NCBI GenBank assembly: GCA_030431975.1
Contig: JAUIHP010000007.1
Span: forward strand, 66,554-130,553
DNA from: a bacterium
GTDB taxonomy: Bacteria; Eisenbacteria; RBG-16-71-46; CAIMUX01
Reading direction: 5' to 3'
Length of the DNA stretch: 64,000 nt
Part shown: positions 53,965 through 61,149 of the stretch, one piece after another
Numbering within the stretch: the stretch's first letter is position 1
How the letters are laid out: the number at the start of each line of letters is the position of its first letter
The notes under the pieces: model-generated
Told to the model about the DNA's origin: nothing
What the model saw: the letters and a program-made list of their open reading frames with translations, nothing else
The model's database searches: none
Translations under genes and position numbers: made by a program

Positions 53965-56835
53965 TTACTTCACACGTACCAGACGTGCCGTGCGTGTGAA
54001 CCCGCTCGACGGTGCGACCGCACGGACGAAGTAGAGACCCGGCGCTACCGAGTTTCCCGAGTCGGCCCGTCCGTCCCACGCGATGACATCTCCGTCTTCC
54101 GCGGATCCTCGGAACAGTTCGCGAACACGCCGTCCACGCACGTCGAAGACCGAGACCTCGAGCGCCAGCCGTTCGCCGGCGGCGATGCGGAACGACGTCT
54201 GGTCGCGGAAGGGACGCGGCCCGACCCACTCCATTTCGAACGCGTGCCCGACGGAGAGTCCGTCGTTAGCGGTCGAAGCGGGAAGTTCGAAAGGTCCAAA
54301 CCATGAGGAATGTCCGCTAGTCGAGATTTCCTCCAACCAGTAGAAGGCGGATTCCAACGGAGCGTCGGCGTCCCAGAATTCGTAGCGTCCATCTGCCGAA
54401 CGAAGCATCTGTGAAGTGAGGAGTCCATCCGCGGAGGTGTCGCCTCGGTAGACGTGGAAGCCGGCGTGGTCGAGAGCGTCGGAGACCGTCCATTGCACCA
54501 GGCCACCGGTTGCGGGTCCGCTTCCATCCGCGGCTCGACTGCGTTCGATCCGGAGTTCAGCGAGTCGGACCGGCGTGACCTGGACATCATCCCATCGGGC
54601 GAGATAGGGGGAGGACTTGCCTCCCGCTGTGAAGAAGTCACCTCCGACGAAGAGTGCATCCTGATAGAGGGCGAAGGCCAAGGCTTCGCCATCCAGCCCG
54701 GAGCCGAGATTGTCGACGACGACAGTCTCAGTACCGTCTACGGAATAGGAGAGCAGAGAGAACGCAGTCCCTCCCTCGGTCGTCGCGGAGAACGTGCCTC
54801 CGACCATGAGTTCGACGCCGGTCGAATAGAGCGATTCGACATTGCCGAGGAACTCGGTTTCGAGGCCGACCCACCCTGCTCCGTCCCACCTTGCGAGGGG
54901 AGCGTTCACGATGAGTGTGTCCGCCGTCGGGAAGTCTCCTCCGACGACGAGATCACCGCGGTATCGAGCTGCTGTCTTCACGTCTCCCTGAATCCCACGT
55001 CCGAATCCGGACCAGACGGTGCCGTCGAAGCGCGCGATGCGCGTCACCAGTTGGTCTCCCGCGCGGCTGAAGAGTCCGGCGGCGACCAACTGATTCTGAT
55101 AGTTGGTCATCGTAAAGACCGTGGCGTTGACACCGTCCCCGACGTCACTCCAAGTGCTGCCGTCCCAGACTGCGATGTTGTCCGCTGTGTTTCCGTCCGC
55201 CTCCTGAAAATCTCCTCCGGCGTAGAGACGTCCATCCCACGAGAGGAGGTCGAAGACGGGTCCGTCAAAGCCGCCGCCGACTTTTTCCCAGACTTGGTCG
55301 CCGGCGTTCCACTTGGCCGCGTAGGCCAGTCCGACCCCGTTGGTATCGGGCACTCCGAACACACCGCCCGCGTAGAGTTCTCCCTCGTGAACCGCGAGAG
55401 CCTCGACGGGTCCGTCGAACCCGTCGGCATACGAAGACCAGCCGAACCCGTCCCAACCGGCGATGCGATTCGCGGGAAGGCCTCCCGCGTTAGTGAACGA
55501 ACCGCCAACGACCAGCCGGCCGTCGTGGACGACCAGTGAAGAGACCAGGCCGTCCAAGGTCGATCCGAGCGAGCCCCACGTGTCCTCTTGAAAGGAGGCT
55601 ACGAAGTCGATGTCGGAGCCTGCCGACTCGGTGAAGATTCCGGTGGCGATCAGTCGGTCACCGAAGGGAATGAGGTGGGTGACTCCGCCGTTCATTCCCG
55701 TTCCGACGGAGACCCAGTTTTTCGCCTCGTTCTTCTCACCCAGGTTCTCGATCTCCAGTCGAGCGACGGAGACGGCCGTCGTATCGCCGGCAATCCCGAA
55801 GAGTCCACCTGCGTAGATCTGATCCTGGAAGGACGTGATGGAAAGAACGGAGCTGTCCATTCCGATGTTGATCGCTTCCCAGGCTTTGCCGTCGTAGCGC
55901 GCCACCCTTCGCGCCGGTGTGCTTCCCGCTTCTGTGAAGAGGCCGCCGGCGTAAAGACTCGAACCGAGGAATTCGAGGGCAAAGACGCGATCGTTGGTTC
56001 CGCCGCCGACGTTCTGCCATTCGCTTCCGTTCCACAGCGCGAGGTTCGAGAGCGACCCTTGGGCGGAGTTGTTGAAGGAGCCCCCGACGACAAGTTGCCC
56101 CTGGTACTCGGCGATGGCCGAAACCTGTGCGCTCGCGCCTCCGCTGAGACCGCCGCCGACCGGTTCCCAGGTCGCTCCGGTCCATCGGGCGATGTGAAGA
56201 GCCTCCGTTTCATCGTCTCCCAGATTCTCAAACCATCCACCGGCGTAGAGTTCACCGTTCACGGACTCGAGGACGAGCACGGAGGCATCGAATCCGCTGC
56301 CCATCGGTTGCCAGTCGGATCCGTCCCAGATGGCCACACGCGAGAGTTCCGTATCGCCGGACTGTTCGAAGAATCCACCGGCGACAAGCTGGTCGTTCCA
56401 GACGGCGAGGGTGTAGACCGATTCGTCGAAGCCCATCCCCATCGGCTCCCAATTGGCGCCGTTCCAGCGCGCGACGTGTGCTGCGCCGGTATCGCTGGCC
56501 GTGACGAAGTCTCCGCCGACGATGAGGTCACCTTCGAAAAGCGTCGCCGCGAGAACCGCGTTGCCCACCCGTTGCGGGCCGAACCCACCCCACCATTGAA
56601 TGTCCTCGGGGTCTCCCAGTGCGGTCTGCGGAAAGATGGAGTGGAGCGGTTCGACATCGGTCAGCCCGGCGGCAAAGCGGCGGGCGAGCTCGCGTTCGGC
56701 TGGGGGAATGTGGTTCAGGTCGGCAAGGGTGGGGGAGGAGAACAGGGTCACGAAGAGTAGGGCGAAAGCGGCGGGAAAGACCGGAGTGAGAGGTCTGCGG
56801 TCGCGTGGATGTGTACAGCTGTTCGCCTGGGTCAC
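53965..56835 (-). CDS. Secreted beta-propeller repeat protein with FlgD/T9SS-like C-terminal domain
   Basis: About a dozen LYAGGxF...IARWDGxxW repeats; TPVRL...AGFHVYRG Ig domain; VFDVRGRRVREL...WDGRADSG...GLYFVR tail. GTG 56835 has an AGGA SD; the longer track ORF only translates the upstream repeat. Confidence 0.88.
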   Translation of the reverse strand: MTQANSCTHPRDRRPLTPVFPAAFALLFVTLFSSPTLADLNHIPPAERELARRFAAGLTDVEPLHSIFPQTALGDPEDIQWWGGFGPQRVGNAVLAATLFEGDLIVGGDFVTASDTGAAHVARWNGANWEPMGMGFDESVYTLAVWNDQLVAGGFFEQSGDTELSRVAIWDGSDWQPMGSGFDASVLVLESVNGELYAGGWFENLGDDETEALHIARWTGATWEPVGGGLSGGASAQVSAIAEYQGQLVVGGSFNNSAQGSLSNLALWNGSEWQNVGGGTNDRVFALEFLGSSLYAGGLFTEAGSTPARRVARYDGKAWEAINIGMDSSVLSITSFQDQIYAGGLFGIAGDTTAVSVARLEIENLGEKNEAKNWVSVGTGMNGGVTHLIPFGDRLIATGIFTESAGSDIDFVASFQEDTWGSLGSTLDGLVSSLVVHDGRLVVGGSFTNAGGLPANRIAGWDGFGWSSYADGFDGPVEALAVHEGELYAGGVFGVPDTNGVGLAYAAKWNAGDQVWEKVGGGFDGPVFDLLSWDGRLYAGGDFQEADGNTADNIAVWDGSTWSDVGDGVNATVFTMTNYQNQLVAAGLFSRAGDQLVTRIARFDGTVWSGFGRGIQGDVKTAARYRGDLVVGGDFPTADTLIVNAPLARWDGAGWVGLETEFLGNVESLYSTGVELMVGGTFSATTEGGTAFSLLSYSVDGTETVVVDNLGSGLDGEALAFALYQDALFVGGDFFTAGGKSSPYLARWDDVQVTPVRLAELRIERSRAADGSGPATGGLVQWTVSDALDHAGFHVYRGDTSADGLLTSQMLRSADGRYEFWDADAPLESAFYWLEEISTSGHSSWFGPFELPASTANDGLSVGHAFEMEWVGPRPFRDQTSFRIAAGERLALEVSVFDVRGRRVRELFRGSAEDGDVIAWDGRADSGNSVAPGLYFVRAVAPSSGFTRTARLVRVK

Positions 56836-56850
56836 GTTTGGTCCTACATG

Positions 56851-57017
56851 GATGCGGCTCGCCGCGTTCGCGGCCTCGCCTCCGGAGGGCGTCGTGGCTT
56901 TGCCACGGCGCCTACGGTGCTTGTTTTGGGTCTGTTTTGATGCGGCTCGCCGCTTTCGCGGCCTCGCCTTCGGAGGCGTCGTTGCTTTGCAACGGCGCCT
57001 ACGGTGCTTGTTTGGGG
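56851..57017. repeat. Two tandem ~80-bp REP-like units, each with three hairpins
   Basis: Copy 1 at 56851-56930, copy 2 at 56939-57017; gatgcggctcgccgc..gcggcctcgcct..ggaggcgtcgt.gctttgc.acggcgcctacggtgcttgttt. Confidence 0.9.
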
Positions 57018-57112
57018 ACATTGCCTTGGGGGCTTTGCACTCCGTGTTTGGTGTTGGGTTTCAGGGTTTGTGCTGGGGATATGAAGACACAACTCGGTTT
57101 GGGGCTCAAGTT

Positions 57113-57283
57113 GAAGGTTGTGGACGGAAGATTGCGGACGCCGGGTTCCTAACCTGCGACGAAACAGCGTCTTTTGGGGATCGAATCGGGGGCCAGAACG
57201 ACGACGGCGGATCGTCGCTGTAACGTCAACGACCCAGAAGCACTTATCCGGATCTCGTCCGCAATCTTCCGGCCACAACCTTC
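57113..57283. repeat. 28-bp inverted repeat enclosing 115 bp (possible MITE or structured element)
   Basis: GAAGGTTGTGGACGGAAGATTGCGGACG (57113-57140) vs reverse complement of 57256-57283, 27/28 identical. Confidence 0.85.
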
Positions 57284-57343
57284 CACCCACGGGAAGGGGG
57301 CTGGGGTACACTCGCGGCTCGACTTCCGCGAAAGGTGAACGTG

Positions 57344-60300
57344 ATGCGATCTTCTTTTATCAGTGCAGGTTCCACCGGCCCTCATCATCGGCGGATGAGG
57401 TCACGCCTCTCCCATCTTGTGCTCGGGACCGCGATGGTTGGGCTCCTGGGGGCACCCTCCAAGACCGAGGCTGCGGACGAATCTGTCGAGGCGTTCTACT
57501 CGGCAGCAAGGCGCGGGGACGAGGTCCTCATGGCGCGGCAGCCGGCGCCGAGCCCGGATGGTTCGCAGATCGCGTTTTCCTATCAGGGGGACCTTTGGAC
57601 GGTGTCGAGCTCCGGCGGTGATGCTCGTCGTCTTACGGCGCATCCGGGGCGTGAGGCCTATCCGATGTGGTCGCCGGACGGCTCGCGGATCGCGTTTTCG
57701 TCCGATCGCAACGGGAACGACGATGTCTTCGTTCTCTCTCTCGAGGAAGGCCGCGTCGAGCAGCTGACGTTCGACTCCGACGGGGAGTACGTCACCGACT
57801 GGACAGCGGACGGCCAGGCGCTACTCATCCAGAACCGGGGTCACGTTCGCGATGGTCGGAATGCCGGCATCTGGTTGCTGCCGCTTTCCGGCGGAAATCC
57901 GGGATTTGTCCAGCCGGTTGGGGGACGTTTGGGTGCGCTCTCGCCGGATGGGACAAGACTAGCGTTCGTGCGTGGCTCCACGGCTTGGTGGAGGCGTGGC
58001 TATGAAGGGCCCGGCCGCTACCGGTTGTATCTGCACGAGCTCGAAGCGCCGCTTACGAGTGCGGCGCCTCACACTCAGGTTCGAACCGCCTCCGTCAAGA
58101 ACGCGCACACGCAGATGGGGGACTATGCCGACCTCGCGCTGCGTCCCAACGGTCGGTACGTGGAACTCAGCGGCCTGGCGTCCGAGCGGGGCGAACCGCG
58201 CTCCCAGCATGATCGCAATCTGCGCCCGGACTTCGATCGCCCGTCGCAGGAGTCCGGAGCGAACGCGAATCCGTTCTGGTTCCCCGACGGAGAACACCTG
58301 CTCTATCTGAGCGAGATCCACGGTGTGACCAACCTGAAGCTGATGAATGCCACCACAGGGACGCGCGCATGGATTACTCGATTCGAGAACGGTGACGGCA
58401 GGCTTCGCCATCCGCAGCTTTCCGAAGACGGCTCTCTCGCGGTTTTCGAGTACGAAGACGGGATCTACGCGGTAGACGTTCCGGCGACGCTTCCTGCAGC
58501 GGGATCCACGACGTGGTCGCAGCCGCCGTCGGATCCGCGGCGGATCTCCATTCGTCTGCCGCTCGACGAACGTATGGCTACCGTCGGAACGGTCACCGTA
58601 AAGAGCGACGCCTCTGAGTCCGAGCCGTCCCCGGACGACGAGCAGATTGCATTTGTCCACGAGGGAGACATCTTTGCCATGAAGGCGAGCAAGGATGAGC
58701 CGTGGGCCTATGCCCTGACCTCGGATCCGTCGCGAGACCGGGACATCATGTGGTCACCGGACTCGAAGTCTTTGGTCTTCGTTTCGGATCGCACAGGGAA
58801 TCAGGACATCTTCGTCGTCACCTCCGGCGACCCCAACGAGTCGCGTCTTTGCCGGACGCTGCAGCCGCAGATCAAACAACTCACCGATTCTCCGGAGCCG
58901 GAAGAACAGCTTCAGTACTCGCCGGACGGAAAGCGCATTGCCTTCGTCCGCGGACCGGGCACGTTGATGACGATGAAGGCCGATGGAGGGGACGAGAAGG
59001 TCATCGTCGACGGATGGGCCGGCATCGATTATCAGTGGTCACCGGACGGCAAGTGGTTCGTCTTTGCCCGGCAGGACGACGACTTCAACACGGACATCCA
59101 CATCATCGCTTCCGACGGGTCCGGCGAGCCGTACAACTTGAGCCGCCACCCGGATGACGACTACTCACCCTACTGGTCTGCCGACGGGCGGGTCATCGCC
59201 TTCGTCTCGACTCGAAAGTTCCCCAACCAAACCGATATCTGGTACGCACGCCTCTCCAAGGAAGATTGGGAACTGACGAAGGAAGACCGTCTCGATGCCG
59301 AGGACGCCGAGAAGGCGAACAAAGGGAAAGGCGACGGCAAGGAAGACAAAGACGGCAAAGACAAGAAGGACGGCAAAAAAGACGACAAGAAAGGCGACAA
59401 AGACGGATCCGACGACGAGAAGGATCTGCCGGAGGTCGTCATCGACTTTGATGGTCTGCATGAGCGCATCGTTCGACTGACCTCGTTCCCCGGTTCGGAG
59501 TCCCGAGTTTGGGTCACGCCCGACGCAGAGGAGTTTCTCTTTCGTACTGACACGGATGGCAAGACGGATCTCTGGAAGATTCGTTGGGATGGCGAAGAGG
59601 AAGAGCGGGTGACCTCAGGCGGCACCAACCCCCGATCCGTGCGATTCGACAGCAAGGGCAAGAGGATCTTCTACCGCAAGGGAAGCGGCAGCATCCACTC
59701 TGTCTCGTTGAGCGGAAAGGACTCAGAAACCTACCGCTATGAAGCGGAAAAGGAACTGGATCGTTTCGGGCGCCGTCGGGCGGTCTTCGTTGAGGCTTGG
59801 CGCGAACTCCGGGACAACTTCTATGACCCGGAGATGCACGGAGCGGACTGGAACGAAGTCCGGGAGCGCTTTGACTCCTGGGCGGAGGCTGCGTCCACGT
59901 ATGCCGACTTCCGCGATGTCATCAAGATGATGCTGGGCGAGGTGGGAGCGTCGCACATGAACGTCTATGGCGGGCCGGGAGATGTCGGTGAATCGCTCAG
60001 CGCGGACCTTCGTCTCGACGGACCGGGGGACAACTCCGGTTTCGCGGTGTTTGACGATGATGTCGACGGCGAGCCGATTGATCCATCGACCTTGCGATCG
60101 GCTCTCGGAGACTTTGACGGTTGGATCGAGGATCTACTGCCGGAGGCTGATCTCGATCCTGTCGGTGAGGACTATGGGACGCTTTCGTCTTCGACCGCGG
60201 AACTGGGCGTCTTCTTCGATCCGTCCTTCCGGGGACCGGGAATGCGTGTGACCCACGTCGTTCCGAACGGTCCGGCCGATCGCGCCAGCAGCCGACTCGA

Positions 60301-61093
60301 GGTTGGCGACGTCGTTCGGAAGATCGACGGCCGAGAGACCGGTCCGAACGTCCACCTGTCCCAACTGCTCGACCGCAAGTCGGACAAGAAGGTGCGGCTG
60401 GAAGTCGAACGCAACGGCAAGACTCGCCAGGTCATCCTGCGTCCCGTTTCGCGGGGAACCTTGAGAAACCTCCTCTACGACGCCGAGGTGGCCATGCGGC
60501 AGCAGCACGTTGCGGACGTGTCTGAGGATCGCGTGGCCTACGTCCATATCCGCGGGATGAGTGTTCCGAGCCTCGAGGACTTCGAACGGGACCTTTTTGC
60601 ACAAGCTCACGGGAAGGATGCGCTCATCATCGATGTTCGGGACAACGGCGGAGGCTGGACGACCGATCTCATGATGACGAGTCTGGCCGCAGCGGATCAT
60701 GCCGTGACCATTCCCCGAGGGGGAGGGAAGGGCTATCCGGAAGACCGCCGGCTCATGTACGCGTGGTCGAAACCGATCGTGGTTCTTTGCAACGAGTTCA
60801 GTTTCTCGAACGCGGAGATTTTTTCCTGGGCGGTGCAAACCACCGATCGCGGACCTGTGGTCGGCACGACGACGTACGGCGGTGTGATTTCTACCGGCGG
60901 TACGACCCTCGCTGACGGAACGTGGCTGCGCCTGCCCTTCCGCGGTTGGTACACCAAGGGCGAAGAGGTCAACATGGAGCGAGTGGGTTGTACGCCGGAC
61001 TATCCTGTGTACAGTGATCCGAACGAACTCGTCATTGGAAACGATCCGCAGCTGGCCGCCGCCGTGCAGAAGGCGATCGAACAACTGCGGTAG
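57344..61093 (+). CDS. Tricorn protease homolog (S41 family)
   Basis: Signal peptide, PD40 propellers, K/D-rich linker, NFYDPEMHGADW, ASH, PDZ domain, IIDVRDNGGG, SFSNAE (catalytic Ser), GGVI, DPQL. Confidence 0.94.
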   Translation: MRSSFISAGSTGPHHRRMRSRLSHLVLGTAMVGLLGAPSKTEAADESVEAFYSAARRGDEVLMARQPAPSPDGSQIAFSYQGDLWTVSSSGGDARRLTAHPGREAYPMWSPDGSRIAFSSDRNGNDDVFVLSLEEGRVEQLTFDSDGEYVTDWTADGQALLIQNRGHVRDGRNAGIWLLPLSGGNPGFVQPVGGRLGALSPDGTRLAFVRGSTAWWRRGYEGPGRYRLYLHELEAPLTSAAPHTQVRTASVKNAHTQMGDYADLALRPNGRYVELSGLASERGEPRSQHDRNLRPDFDRPSQESGANANPFWFPDGEHLLYLSEIHGVTNLKLMNATTGTRAWITRFENGDGRLRHPQLSEDGSLAVFEYEDGIYAVDVPATLPAAGSTTWSQPPSDPRRISIRLPLDERMATVGTVTVKSDASESEPSPDDEQIAFVHEGDIFAMKASKDEPWAYALTSDPSRDRDIMWSPDSKSLVFVSDRTGNQDIFVVTSGDPNESRLCRTLQPQIKQLTDSPEPEEQLQYSPDGKRIAFVRGPGTLMTMKADGGDEKVIVDGWAGIDYQWSPDGKWFVFARQDDDFNTDIHIIASDGSGEPYNLSRHPDDDYSPYWSADGRVIAFVSTRKFPNQTDIWYARLSKEDWELTKEDRLDAEDAEKANKGKGDGKEDKDGKDKKDGKKDDKKGDKDGSDDEKDLPEVVIDFDGLHERIVRLTSFPGSESRVWVTPDAEEFLFRTDTDGKTDLWKIRWDGEEEERVTSGGTNPRSVRFDSKGKRIFYRKGSGSIHSVSLSGKDSETYRYEAEKELDRFGRRRAVFVEAWRELRDNFYDPEMHGADWNEVRERFDSWAEAASTYADFRDVIKMMLGEVGASHMNVYGGPGDVGESLSADLRLDGPGDNSGFAVFDDDVDGEPIDPSTLRSALGDFDGWIEDLLPEADLDPVGEDYGTLSSSTAELGVFFDPSFRGPGMRVTHVVPNGPADRASSRLEVGDVVRKIDGRETGPNVHLSQLLDRKSDKKVRLEVERNGKTRQVILRPVSRGTLRNLLYDAEVAMRQQHVADVSEDRVAYVHIRGMSVPSLEDFERDLFAQAHGKDALIIDVRDNGGGWTTDLMMTSLAAADHAVTIPRGGGKGYPEDRRLMYAWSKPIVVLCNEFSFSNAEIFSWAVQTTDRGPVVGTTTYGGVISTGGTTLADGTWLRLPFRGWYTKGEEVNMERVGCTPDYPVYSDPNELVIGNDPQLAAAVQKAIEQLR

Positions 61094-61149
61094 TCCGTGT
61101 GATGGAGATGGCGATCGAACAACGGAAGTGGTCGCGTGGTGGAGATGGA

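Noticed and set aside
56836..57021. Arg-rich N-terminal extension of the 1018-aa ORF
   Set aside because: It is a translation of the tandem hairpin repeat; GTG 56835 has an SD and gives a normal signal peptide.
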